Origin: an uncultured Bdellovibrio sp. | GTDB lineage: Bacteria; Bdellovibrionota; Bdellovibrionia; Bdellovibrionales; Bdellovibrionaceae | Length of the DNA: 64,000 nucleotides | Direction: 5' to 3' | NCBI GenBank assembly: GCA_963932905.1 | Contig: CAWVRN010000009.1 | Location: 32,001 to 96,000 of the forward strand | Shown here: piece after piece, positions 29,106-38,878 of the stretch | How the letters are laid out: each line of letters starts with the position of its first letter | Numbering within the stretch: position 1 is the first letter of the stretch | Program-made: the position numbers and the translations under genes | The notes under the pieces: model-generated | What the model was told of the DNA's origin: nothing | Database searches by the model: none | Seen by the model: only the letters and a program-made list of their open reading frames with translations

Positions 29106-30284
29106 TTGAATCAAAAAATATATGATTGTTTAGCTAAGCGTAATATGGTCGCAATGTTTGTCTGCGTTTTCGCGACCACTGTCAGCGTTGGTCAAGTGGC
29201 TACGTCAGCCTATTTTATGGACCAAAGACTAATTAATCCAGCCGTTACAACGTCAAGAAGTGTATTTGGATTGTCTCTGCAATTAAAAAAACAAACCGAA
29301 ACCGATCATGTATTGGATTTAGTGGATTCCTCGATTGATGTCAGTACGACCGTTGAAACTGTGGATATTAATAATTCGTTTCAGGCCGGGCCTTTTAATT
29401 GTGAGGTTAATCTGGCTCCTCAATCGGGTCTTAAGGTTACCGACACGGTATCGGTGGCGCAGTCAGCACTGGGTTCTAAATCGTTCAGCTCAAAAGTGTC
29501 GTTTGTTCCTATTCAGTTGGCGATGGGCTATAGAAGTAGTTCTGATATTAAGTATGGAATCAAGCTATTGTACACGTCGTTTAACTTAAGCGACCTCAGT
29601 ATGTATTCGTATGGAACGTCGTCGGCCACGATAACAGTTGATTATGATGGTTTATTCAGCGGCAACTTTCTTGTTTTTGCTCCCGGAATTCTATATGAAA
29701 TAAAAAACACTGGCATTTCGTTTGGCTATGTCGCCGACATTTACCAGTTTGATCAAAAACAGAGTTCGAACAGCATGCAAACTCAGAAAACGTCGTCTAT
29801 GTCGATGACAACAAATGAGAATACTAACAGCCAAGATAAAGTGACTGTAAAAAAAGATATTCTAGGAGTTGGTTATTTTCAAAAAATTGGTCAAAACAAA
29901 TCAATTAGACTGGATTTGTCATTTGAAAAAATGCCGCCAATTTCAAGGAGCGACTATTTCACAAATGGGGAACTGAGTCGCGTCGTCGCCGAGCTAAATC
30001 TGTCTATTTTTCGCCTCGGGATTGAAAGCACGTTAAAAAAAGGGTTCTATGTCGATCCCTATAATTTGGTCCCATTTCTTTATAACCAAGGAAAGTCATT
30101 TAACGAGAGTGTATCTGAAATTAGTTTTTTTGGCGGTTTCAAAACGCAAAAGGGTCACGGCCTTGGAGCTTTTTATTCCGCATCCAGTGCAACGGTTCAG
30201 GAACGATCAGAAAGTTTTGAATCGTTTCAGAAAATTGAACGAAAGAGCTCTAAAATCAATTTAAGCTATTCTTATGTATATTGA
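29106..30284 (+). CDS. Putative outer-membrane beta-barrel protein
   Basis: Signal-like N-terminus (start may be 29145), NPA motif near the N-terminus, amphipathic strands, C-terminal LSYSYVY. Confidence 0.65.
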   Translation: MNQKIYDCLAKRNMVAMFVCVFATTVSVGQVATSAYFMDQRLINPAVTTSRSVFGLSLQLKKQTETDHVLDLVDSSIDVSTTVETVDINNSFQAGPFNCEVNLAPQSGLKVTDTVSVAQSALGSKSFSSKVSFVPIQLAMGYRSSSDIKYGIKLLYTSFNLSDLSMYSYGTSSATITVDYDGLFSGNFLVFAPGILYEIKNTGISFGYVADIYQFDQKQSSNSMQTQKTSSMSMTTNENTNSQDKVTVKKDILGVGYFQKIGQNKSIRLDLSFEKMPPISRSDYFTNGELSRVVAELNLSIFRLGIESTLKKGFYVDPYNLVPFLYNQGKSFNESVSEISFFGGFKTQKGHGLGAFYSASSATVQERSESFESFQKIERKSSKINLSYSYVY

Positions 30285-30339
30285 ATGAAATATTAAACTA
30301 ACTCTTGCTCTTTTTATAGAATATGTAAATAATATGTAA

Positions 30340-31425
30340 ATGTCTAAGGAATTCCGCAAGGATATTCGAGGTCGTGGGGCTTCGAGCAACATCGCCAATC
30401 GATTTCTTTCCACGCACTTTGAGGCGACAGAGGAAGATCATGATAATTATCTTCTCGAGGAAGAACGCTCGATGTTGCAGACAGAATTAATCAAAGACAC
30501 GTCTCGCACTATTATCACCAAAAACAACAGCCCCGATGTTGGCTTTGATTTCTCAATTAATTGCTATCGTGGTTGTGAACATGGCTGCGCGTATTGTTAT
30601 GCTCGACCAACACATGAATATCTGGGCTATTCCGCGGGTCTTGATTTCGAAACTAAAATTCATGTTAAATACGAGGCGCCGCAATTATTGCGTGAAGCTT
30701 TGATGAAAAAATCTTGGGAAGGGCAGCCGTTGTTCATGAGCGGAGTGACGGATTGTTATCAACCTATTGAGCGAAAATTAAAACTGACTCGGGGATGTTT
30801 AGAAGTATTGAATCAGTTTAAAAACCCTGTAGCGATGATTACCAAGAACTCACTAGTCACTCGGGATATCGATATTCTTCAAGAGATGGCCGAATGGAAC
30901 GGTTGTGTGGTGTTTCTTTCGATCACCACACTCGATACAGACCTTGCGCGCAGTTTAGAACCACGCACGTCGACTCCAGCGGCAAAGCTGGCAGCCATTG
31001 CCAAGCTCAGTGCGGCGGGGATTCCTACCGGCGTGAATGTGGCGCCTGTGATTCCGGGTTTGACGGACCAGGAAGTGCCCTTGATTTTGAAAGCAGCGAA
31101 CGAAGCGGGCGCGCAGATGGCGGGCTTTGGAATGCTGAGAATGCCGGGCGCTGTGTTGCCCGTTTTTCAAGAGTGGGTGCAAATTCATCGTCCACTGCGC
31201 TATGAGAAAATTATGAATGCCGTTCGTGATATTCGTGATGGTGAATTGAACAGTTCAGAGTTTGGTGATCGCATGCGTGGTTCTGGGCCTCGGGCTGAAC
31301 ACATTCGCAATTTATTTAAGCTGACGACACGTAAATTAGGTTTAAATAAAATGGATATTGAACTTTGTTCAGCGCATTTCAAACGTCCGCCTCAAATCGG
31401 CGATCAGCTGGCTTTTGATGTTTAA
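30340..31425 (+). CDS. PA0069/Rv2578c-family radical SAM protein (SplB-like, DNA-repair associated)
   Basis: RGRGA, YRGCEHGCAYCYARPTH (CxxxCxxC), TDCYQPIE; C-terminal clamp-like QLAF. Confidence 0.93.
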   Translation: MSKEFRKDIRGRGASSNIANRFLSTHFEATEEDHDNYLLEEERSMLQTELIKDTSRTIITKNNSPDVGFDFSINCYRGCEHGCAYCYARPTHEYLGYSAGLDFETKIHVKYEAPQLLREALMKKSWEGQPLFMSGVTDCYQPIERKLKLTRGCLEVLNQFKNPVAMITKNSLVTRDIDILQEMAEWNGCVVFLSITTLDTDLARSLEPRTSTPAAKLAAIAKLSAAGIPTGVNVAPVIPGLTDQEVPLILKAANEAGAQMAGFGMLRMPGAVLPVFQEWVQIHRPLRYEKIMNAVRDIRDGELNSSEFGDRMRGSGPRAEHIRNLFKLTTRKLGLNKMDIELCSAHFKRPPQIGDQLAFDV

Positions 31426-31429
31426 TTTT

Positions 31430-32119
31430 TTAGTTAGTGAGCTCAACATGCGCCAATGAAACTGCTTTAGCCATCTTGCCACTATTGTCAATACCAAGCA
31501 GGGATCTGACCTCTGTGAGAGGCATTTCCATATAGCTTTCCAGGCGGATTCCAAACAAGGGCGGAATCGATTTACCAAGATGATAAAGCCTAAATAGGTC
31601 TTCAAAGTGTTGTGGAATGTCTAGCGGGTTATTTTGCGCCTCATGCAATAAGCCGCCGGATAGGATTATGGCTGGAATCCCTGATTGTGTCTGGGCTAAC
31701 GTGAACGCTTGAACTGCTAGTTCGGCTCTGTACGAGATATCCTCGTTAAGAAGGACATGATACATATCGTGCGTCTTATAGAGGCGCAGAATAAAATAGT
31801 CGATAGCTGATTGAATTTCAATTTCAGGATAAAAATTTAAGTCCAAGTTATGTTTTTGTAAAAATTCAAAATACGTTCTACCAAAACTTCCACTTGGCAT
31901 CTTGGAAAGTTCATCTGTTGAAAGTTGCGGAAAATATTTTTCTTCCCACATTTTCTTAAACGCATCGTTATTTAGATAGACCGATTGATAGTGATCAAAA
32001 AGTTCTTTTTTTTCAGGCATAGCGCGAATGGCATCTATGAATTTAAAGATTAACTCAGTACGTTTAGGGTTTTTTGCAAATTTTAAATAGTTAATTAGGA
32101 ACCTTAGTTTGTTTATCAT
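31430..32119 (-). CDS. Coq4-family protein
   Basis: LSKMPSGSFG, THDMYHVL (HDxxH) and a downstream Glu (AELAVQAF). Confidence 0.85.
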   Translation of the reverse strand: MINKLRFLINYLKFAKNPKRTELIFKFIDAIRAMPEKKELFDHYQSVYLNNDAFKKMWEEKYFPQLSTDELSKMPSGSFGRTYFEFLQKHNLDLNFYPEIEIQSAIDYFILRLYKTHDMYHVLLNEDISYRAELAVQAFTLAQTQSGIPAIILSGGLLHEAQNNPLDIPQHFEDLFRLYHLGKSIPPLFGIRLESYMEMPLTEVRSLLGIDNSGKMAKAVSLAHVELTN

Positions 32120-32174
32120 GTGACCATTTTATCACGGGATCGGGAATTTCCTACTCGCGTTTGAACTTGATATT

Positions 32175-32227
32175 TCCCTTCCTAAATGTGAGTGGTTGTT
32201 ATATAACTGCTCACATTTAGGAAGGGA
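32175..32227. promoter_or_regulatory. Long inverted repeat: TetR operator and/or RBS-sequestering hairpin
   Basis: 18-bp arms TCCCTTCCTAAATGTGAG / CTCACATTTAGGAAGGGA between divergent coq4-like and tetR genes. Confidence 0.7.
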
Positions 32228-32233
32228 CTATCA

Positions 32234-32854
32234 ATGCCAATAAAAAACAAGAATTCAAGACGTTCACCGCTTCAAAATCGTTCGGTTCGACTCACTATGG
32301 ATCTTATTGAAGGTGGATTTAAAGTTCTTGATCAATTCGGGTTGGAAAAATTCAGTACTAATAAAGTAGCTGAGGTTACAGGCGTTAGTATTGGATCAAT
32401 TTATCAGTATTTTAGTAATAAAGAGGAGCTACTGTTAAGAATGATCGAGGTCACGACAACGGACATTCTGGTCGAAGTGACACAGAAAATGAATTCGCTA
32501 GAATTTGAGAACCCTCAAGATTTTGTAAATGTTTTTGTCTTCGACGTCTATTCATTATTTATGAAAAGAAAAAGTATCGGTCATATGCTTTTTCTATCAG
32601 GACGCAATGAAATCGGATTATTACTTATAAAAAAAAGTCGAGAAGAATTTATTTCTAAACTGATCGTTTACTACAATGAACGTTTCCCAATTGAAAATGA
32701 AAGTGAAAAACAAAGTCGGAAGCAAACTTTAGAGGTTCTAGTGATTAGTTTTATGGGACTTGTCCAGGCGATTATATTAGAGAAAAAAACAAAAAAAGAA
32801 GCTGACAGTTTGATGTTGAAATTCTCCCATTTAGCTCGGGCTGCAGTTTCATAA
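32234..32854 (+). CDS. TetR/AcrR family regulator
   Basis: PLQNRS, FSTNKVAEVTGVSIGSIYQYFSNKE. Confidence 0.95.
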   Translation: MPIKNKNSRRSPLQNRSVRLTMDLIEGGFKVLDQFGLEKFSTNKVAEVTGVSIGSIYQYFSNKEELLLRMIEVTTTDILVEVTQKMNSLEFENPQDFVNVFVFDVYSLFMKRKSIGHMLFLSGRNEIGLLLIKKSREEFISKLIVYYNERFPIENESEKQSRKQTLEVLVISFMGLVQAIILEKKTKKEADSLMLKFSHLARAAVS

Positions 32855-33065
32855 TTTAGGAAACTAATAATCTAGTTAAGTTATAAATAAGAAAATAGGT
32901 CTACAAGTGTTGGCATATTTTGATCGCAGAATTGAGCGATCAACTCTGAATAATTTATGACACCGAAGTCTATCCATGCAGCATGAGCGGTACCAAAGAA
33001 CTCTGTGTCCGGTAGACTTCGCTCAAGTGTTTTTTTACGAGTCGCGTATTCACCTTTGTGATTCT

Positions 33066-34220
33066 CTATCTAATTACCCGATTGATGGGGTCTAAACGAC
33101 CGCTTTTAAAGTTGCCTAAGCTGACCGGCTTCGCACTGATTCGAAGGCTGGCCCCTTCAATACGCTGCAGTTTTAAATATGGACTCAACACAATTTCGTT
33201 CGTGTCCGGATTGAAAGAGTAATCGCGAGGGCGTTCTAAAATTTGCTCGTCGGCTGTTGATTCAGTGGATTGGCACGTTCTAGCTTTCGAAAAACACACT
33301 TTCAAAGTTGTAATGTCAGGAGTGTAGTCTAATTGTCGCTTCTGAGCCGCCACACGCTGAACTAAGTTGTGACCAAATTCGGCTAAGTGGGAACCGAAAT
33401 CCCGTGAACATAAATCCGCAAAGATACCTCCGGAAACTGACAGTAGTGAAGGGAAGGCCTGCACGGGACCTCGGCCATCTTTTGAGCAACTAGTGCTATT
33501 GTTGTCACGGTTAGGCAATGCAGCAGCGATCAATACTTTAGAGCGATCGCCACCTTTAAGATCTACCAATTGTTGATAAAAATCTTCAGCAGATAAACCC
33601 GGAGTCACATCGTCCGCATCTGTTAAGAAAATAACAGCAAGGTACGCGTCAGTTTGGTAGAAGCCCTTGTTTTTCTCTAAGTTCGTTTCTAGATCGGTCA
33701 CCGCCAAAACGGGAGAGAATGATTCTTCGGCTTCTGGACCCCATTGAGTTCCGATCATCACCGTATTTTTCAAAACCTCTTTAGGATTTGGTGTATCACG
33801 AGTGATAAATAACTGATCTGGGATTTCTTTACCGTCGGCACTTTTTAATTTTACTAATTCACCAAGTGGGTTCATTTTTCTTACGCCCGACGGAATGTAC
33901 TCCGTTTTATCATTTAGGTATTTTGAGTCATAAACTGGAACCACACCGATTCTGTAGTCAACGCGTGAGTTTTCAAAAAATGTTTCAGCAAATAATTGAA
34001 TATTGGCTGCCATTTTTGCTTGATAACCCTTCATTGAGCCCGAGTTATCGACAACGAAAAGAATATTTACCTTTGGATCTGGTAAAACGGCTTCTTGTGT
34101 TACTTCTGCTGTGACTTCGCTGAATTTTTCTGGAGGCGCTTGGCGCTGAGGTGATTTGACGCCACACGCAGCCATCAATACAGTCGTTGCTAAAGCGAGA
34201 GTTAAATTTTTAGTCATCAT
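33066..34220 (-). CDS. VWA-domain lipoprotein, CglB-like gliding adhesin
   Basis: Lipobox MAAC; MIDAS ILFVVDNSGSM and IFLTDADD; last gene of the agl/glt operon. Confidence 0.8.
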   Translation of the reverse strand: MMTKNLTLALATTVLMAACGVKSPQRQAPPEKFSEVTAEVTQEAVLPDPKVNILFVVDNSGSMKGYQAKMAANIQLFAETFFENSRVDYRIGVVPVYDSKYLNDKTEYIPSGVRKMNPLGELVKLKSADGKEIPDQLFITRDTPNPKEVLKNTVMIGTQWGPEAEESFSPVLAVTDLETNLEKNKGFYQTDAYLAVIFLTDADDVTPGLSAEDFYQQLVDLKGGDRSKVLIAAALPNRDNNSTSCSKDGRGPVQAFPSLLSVSGGIFADLCSRDFGSHLAEFGHNLVQRVAAQKRQLDYTPDITTLKVCFSKARTCQSTESTADEQILERPRDYSFNPDTNEIVLSPYLKLQRIEGASLRISAKPVSLGNFKSGRLDPINRVIR

Positions 34221-35056
34221 AGAGAGGCCCCTTTGTACGGACAGTTGTCAGTTTTCACTTCAAAATGTCCAACTTCATCCACCCAAACTTCGTCATCATT
34301 TACCGGGAACGTCATGCTTTTATTTGTGTCAATGCCAGAAAATTTTAATTTCTTGTTCTTACCGGCGTGATCTTTGTCCATCGTTAAAACGTTCTGGATT
34401 AATTCCACATCGATAATTTTCATTTTTTTCAAGTTCGTTTCAATTTCAGCTAGGTCTTGTTTCGCTAAAACTTTCAATCGAGCGTGCGCTTTTTCTCGCG
34501 CCCCTTTTTTAACTAGCGATTCTAGTTGAAGATCGCGATAGAAATAACGAGGGTATTTTTCTGCTTGTTGGCCAAGACTGCTCATAGTAATTATCGATTT
34601 CTTCATTTTTGATAATGTCGTCCAGGTCTCTTCGGACATAGACGGTTGATCGATCATGGATTGCAAAGCCTCTACACGTGGAAGCATGCGTTTTTTGAAG
34701 ATTTCGATTTTTTTAGTGACATCTTTGTACGCGCAGATTTTTAGCGATACGAACGTAGACAACATATACGTTTCGGGACCCACTTGTGGTGCCCAAACCG
34801 GTGATGTGATCGATTGCAAATCAGCTAATGATTCTTCAAATTTACCTTGGCGAGTGTGCGCCCATGCGCGTTCTTCCAAAGCCTCTAACCAAAAGTCTGA
34901 ACTAGGTTGGATTTTTGAATAAATCTCTACAGCTGCGTCTAGCTTGCCTTTTTCATAAAGCGCGCGCGCTTTATTCATTTTATCTTTATCACTACCCGCA
35001 GCAAAAGCTGTAGATAGGGATAAAGTTAGTAATAAGTTGGCGACTGTTTTTACCAT
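34217..35056 (-). CDS. GltC-like TPR protein
   Basis: YSKIQPSSDFWLEALEERAW and C-terminal EVWVDEVGHF resemble GltC; operon context. Confidence 0.7.
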   Translation of the reverse strand: MVKTVANLLLTLSLSTAFAAGSDKDKMNKARALYEKGKLDAAVEIYSKIQPSSDFWLEALEERAWAHTRQGKFEESLADLQSITSPVWAPQVGPETYMLSTFVSLKICAYKDVTKKIEIFKKRMLPRVEALQSMIDQPSMSEETWTTLSKMKKSIITMSSLGQQAEKYPRYFYRDLQLESLVKKGAREKAHARLKVLAKQDLAEIETNLKKMKIIDVELIQNVLTMDKDHAGKNKKLKFSGIDTNKSMTFPVNDDEVWVDEVGHFEVKTDNCPYKGASL

Positions 35057-35787
35057 ACAAGAATTCCGAGGCTGGCAACCACTTGTAGGTTGTTTTGTTT
35101 ACGGTGATCCGTCAGTAATAAATCTTCGTACTGTTGGTAGCGAGCTTCTAAACGAGTCGTTAATCGTTGAGTTAACCAAACCCCTGAACCTACACCAACT
35201 GAAGTTACATCTGTTGATCCTGTAAATAAATTAATTTTTCCGTAACCTAACTGAATGTACATATCAAACTGAGCGATTCCTGTGTCGAAAAGATTCATCT
35301 TTCCATAAATAGGGTAGTAGCTGATCGTCGCTAGTTGCGTATCTAACGTGTAATCAATCGCTGGGTATTTTTTAGTGCTACCTGGATTAATTTTTTGATC
35401 AGCTAGTGCTGCGTCCAATTGGTTTTCACCTTCAGGTGATAACGTATTGTATGATTTTTGGTATTGAACACCTAACGACCAACGTGGGTTGATATGATAT
35501 TCAAGGCGAGCGCCTACGTTTTGTGTTTTTACGTAGCTGTCACCACCACCATTGTAGGCGTAGTTACCCGCAAGTTCGATGCGATTGTTACGATCTACCA
35601 GACGATTTTGTACGACTCTTACTTTTTGGTTTGTATCCATGTTCTTAACACGTTCCACCACATCACGGTTGTCACCGAGTGTACTGAATTCACTTTTTAG
35701 GTCTTTCTTTGTGCCACCTTGAGCCATTGCAAACGTTGGTACCAGCATCGAGATAACTAGAGTCGAAGTTAGAATTAAGTTTCTCAT
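35050..35787 (-). CDS. GltA/B/H-type outer-membrane beta-barrel
   Basis: VRVVQNR, YPIYGKMNLF, FDMY..LGYG; signal peptide. Confidence 0.85.
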   Translation of the reverse strand: MRNLILTSTLVISMLVPTFAMAQGGTKKDLKSEFSTLGDNRDVVERVKNMDTNQKVRVVQNRLVDRNNRIELAGNYAYNGGGDSYVKTQNVGARLEYHINPRWSLGVQYQKSYNTLSPEGENQLDAALADQKINPGSTKKYPAIDYTLDTQLATISYYPIYGKMNLFDTGIAQFDMYIQLGYGKINLFTGSTDVTSVGVGSGVWLTQRLTTRLEARYQQYEDLLLTDHRKQNNLQVVASLGILVW

Positions 35788-37247
35788 TATTGCGCTCCTG
35801 TTTCAGTGGCTTGTTGAGCCGTTACTGGTGTTGGTTTCGCAGGGATCTTAGATTTCGGAGTTTCCACCTTTGCCGCGGGCACTTCTGCTTTCACCGCCGG
35901 TTTAGCTGGTGTTTTAGCTACTGGAGCTGGGCAGTTCTCTTCAGAAGGAATGACCGTGAATTCTTTAACGAAAGTTTCAGATTTTGATTTCTTACCTGTC
36001 ACAGAATCGATTTTTAAGCTTAATTTCTTAGTCAACGGCGCTTTCACACACGTCGGAGCCCAAGTTAATTCACAATTTTGAAGTGACAAATTAGTCGCGC
36101 TTTCTGGCGAGCAGATCAAATCTTTTTTACCTGTTAAACCAGAAATTTGTTGTGCCATATTTTTGATGCTGACTTGGCCTAAACCATTTCCAGCAACGGC
36201 TTTAAATTTAATAACAGTCGGTGCGCCCGCTTTGATTTCTTTAAGCGCGTCGTTTTCCCATTGGATTAATGGTAACTGAGCCGCGTAACGACCTTTGAAG
36301 CACACTTGTTCTTTGATCGATTTAGTTCCTATCACGCTATCGACCATAATATGGAAACATACGTCCACAGCAGGTGACAGTGGATTTTCGATACCACGAC
36401 GATCGCGATCTAATGGAAGCTCATCGACTTTCAGGATGTAGAAAAATCTCCAAGCTGTTTTTGAAGTTCCGATACGTGCTGGATTAGCCGTTTTGCTGTA
36501 ATCAAGTGTCACATAACGAGCGCCATCAACGCGGAAGGCTTCCGTGTTTGAATAAATATAAGAAGAGATGCGGATCTCTGGAATGTTGGGACTATTAGCA
36601 GATGCTTTATCTTCGATATCTACAGTGAATGGAATTGATTGACCTTCATCGATACCATTTTCCAATTTTGTTTTGCCAATGATTGTTGGAATACTGTTGT
36701 CTTTAACAACCGTGACAGTGATTACGTCTTCTCGAGTCATGCCTTTTAAATTGAGATCAGTTGCCGCAGTCGACGTTGTTCTTAATTTCAATTTAAATGA
36801 TTCCGACGTCTTTCCGTTTGGAATTACTCCCAATGGCGGTGTCCACTTTAGTCCATGAACATTTAGTAGTGTTGTCGGAATGATTGTTGGGCGTGAGCTA
36901 ATTGGAAAATCAGCTATTTCCATTTTAAACTCAGTTATTTTTTGAGATTTGGCAGTCATTTTAAAATAAAGAACGCCTTCTTTGCCTTCAAGAAAGTTAG
37001 CGTTATTCACTTCATTGGTTCCTTGAAGTTTTAGATCTGCAAATTCGTTTCCTACCGGAACTGTTGCCGAAGTAAAAACTTCGGGAACAAATTTTTGTGA
37101 TTCTGACTGTTCTGTCGTCGGCATACCTGTTTTTAACTCAGAGTATTTTTCCATCGGATCAGAAGATTGACCCATGCACGACGTCAGTAGGGTACCCGCT
37201 GATATAATCAATAATGATTTGATAAGTTTAGTTTTCATACGTAGCAC
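35787..37247 (-). CDS. Lipoprotein with Ig-like repeats (WTP/WAP motifs) in the gliding operon
   Basis: Lipobox LTSC; LKWTP and LTWAP; Pro/Ala/Lys-rich tail. Start may be 37238. Confidence 0.75.
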   Translation of the reverse strand: MLRMKTKLIKSLLIISAGTLLTSCMGQSSDPMEKYSELKTGMPTTEQSESQKFVPEVFTSATVPVGNEFADLKLQGTNEVNNANFLEGKEGVLYFKMTAKSQKITEFKMEIADFPISSRPTIIPTTLLNVHGLKWTPPLGVIPNGKTSESFKLKLRTTSTAATDLNLKGMTREDVITVTVVKDNSIPTIIGKTKLENGIDEGQSIPFTVDIEDKASANSPNIPEIRISSYIYSNTEAFRVDGARYVTLDYSKTANPARIGTSKTAWRFFYILKVDELPLDRDRRGIENPLSPAVDVCFHIMVDSVIGTKSIKEQVCFKGRYAAQLPLIQWENDALKEIKAGAPTVIKFKAVAGNGLGQVSIKNMAQQISGLTGKKDLICSPESATNLSLQNCELTWAPTCVKAPLTKKLSLKIDSVTGKKSKSETFVKEFTVIPSEENCPAPVAKTPAKPAVKAEVPAAKVETPKSKIPAKPTPVTAQQATETGAQ

Positions 37248-37253
37248 CCCTTA

Positions 37254-38504
37254 TTAAGAATCCGTTACACGTCGTAATGCGAAAGGATAGTTAACCTTTA
37301 CGTTCACGCCGCCATGTGGTTGAGGAAATTTCCAAGTTTTCAAGCGATCACGAATACAGTTTTCAACTGGCGCGTGACCAAGACTTGAATTATTGATTTT
37401 TGCTGTCGAAACACTGCCTGATGGACCAATGATGAAATTCATAGATACACGACCAGACAAATTAGGTTTCTTTTGTAGACCTTGCTCGTAGCAAAATCTA
37501 ACTTCACTTAAATGACGGTTGATAACAGCTGCGATCGCATTGCGATCAAGGCCACCTTCAGTCCAAGCTTCACTTTCAATCGGTTCAAAGAATGAATTTC
37601 CAGAACCACCAGCACCAACTAAAGTTACTTTGCCGTAACCTGCGCGACCGCCGCCTTTGCCTTTAGTTCCGTAGCCACCGCCACCGCTAGCACGGTTGCC
37701 AGAACCTAGGGGAGCTGCGAACATTCCTTTAGAGTAAATCGAAGTTTGAACGCCGCCGCTACCAGCAGAACCACCACGACCAATACCAGCCGTTGTTTGC
37801 GCTTGGTTTACTTGCAAGCCACCTTTTTGGTTAGACTTCTGCATGCTGCCTAAAATCCCTAGTGCGCCCATTTGAGCCACGTTAGGAGCTTTTTTAGCTA
37901 CAGCTACGTTTGTGTTTTTACGACGTGTGATTTGTGCCGTAGGTTTTTTCTCTTGTTTCTTAGGTTTAATAATCTTTGCGATTTTTTGTTTAGGCATTTG
38001 TTTTTCAACGGGAGCGACAACTACTGGTGGTTTTTCGATTTGTTTACGATCTAAAACCTGGACGATTTCTAACTCTTCTTTCGGTGGAGTTGTGCTCGAC
38101 GCAAAATAGCTGATACCTAACAAAAACAAAGCTACGAAAACAGCGGCAGCGGCTGTCTTTTTCAAGATAACTACGAATTCTTTTGTGTCGTCTTCAGTTA
38201 GTTCAACGTTTTGCTGAACTTCTTCCGTTTCAGCCACTAGACTTAGTTCGCCAGTGATCGAACGAATAGGGTAGCGTTTTTTTAAATTAAAAAACTTTTT
38301 ATCTACTGATTCTAGAACCGTGAATTCGACACCTGCTTTTTTCAAAGCTTGTAAATCACTGCACACTTCCATGCGGCGAGTGTCGTGACGTAGGATAAAG
38401 TTTAATTCATTTGTTTGCCATTCAACGGCACGAACGGTTTGACCCTGTTCGTTTTCAAGAAAGTAGATCTCTTTTTGTGAGTCTCTTTGTGTTGAAGAAG
38501 CCAT
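37254..38504 (-). CDS. GltG/AgmX-PglI family TonB-like transducer
   Basis: Single TM, Gly-rich linker, C-terminal GGLD..I..VI..HL.EVRFCYEQGL...CI...WKFPQP..VNYPF. Confidence 0.88.
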   Translation of the reverse strand: MASSTQRDSQKEIYFLENEQGQTVRAVEWQTNELNFILRHDTRRMEVCSDLQALKKAGVEFTVLESVDKKFFNLKKRYPIRSITGELSLVAETEEVQQNVELTEDDTKEFVVILKKTAAAAVFVALFLLGISYFASSTTPPKEELEIVQVLDRKQIEKPPVVVAPVEKQMPKQKIAKIIKPKKQEKKPTAQITRRKNTNVAVAKKAPNVAQMGALGILGSMQKSNQKGGLQVNQAQTTAGIGRGGSAGSGGVQTSIYSKGMFAAPLGSGNRASGGGGYGTKGKGGGRAGYGKVTLVGAGGSGNSFFEPIESEAWTEGGLDRNAIAAVINRHLSEVRFCYEQGLQKKPNLSGRVSMNFIIGPSGSVSTAKINNSSLGHAPVENCIRDRLKTWKFPQPHGGVNVKVNYPFALRRVTDS

Positions 38505-38506
38505 AG

Positions 38507-38878
38507 TTACCTCATCCCTTTAGTACGCGCTACGCGATCTTGAAAGTTTTTGCGTACACCAATTAAATCATCGATTGATTTTTCATTTTCTACGACTGAC
38601 AAAGCTTCCATTGGTAATTGATATTTACCGCCGACAGCTTGATCACCAAAGCGAACATCGGTTGATAATCCTGACTTGCTTGGTTGTTGCTGAGGCTGAG
38701 CTGGCGTTGCCGCCGTTTTATCCGTCGAGTTCACCTTTGCAGCGTCTGTTTTTGACATATTCTTTTTGGACAAAAAACTTGTCGTTGGCTTAACTGCCGC
38801 TTTCTTATTCTTTGTTGATGTAGATGCCGAAACAGTTCCCACTGCTAGTAATGAAACTAGAACGATAAGTGTTTTCAA
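38507..38878 (-). CDS. GltF/CglF-like small secreted protein
   Basis: TDVRFGDQAVGG..P...LIGVRKNF resembles the GltF motif; lies between the TPR gene and gltG. Confidence 0.7.
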   Translation of the reverse strand: MKTLIVLVSLLAVGTVSASTSTKNKKAAVKPTTSFLSKKNMSKTDAAKVNSTDKTAATPAQPQQQPSKSGLSTDVRFGDQAVGGKYQLPMEALSVVENEKSIDDLIGVRKNFQDRVARTKGMR

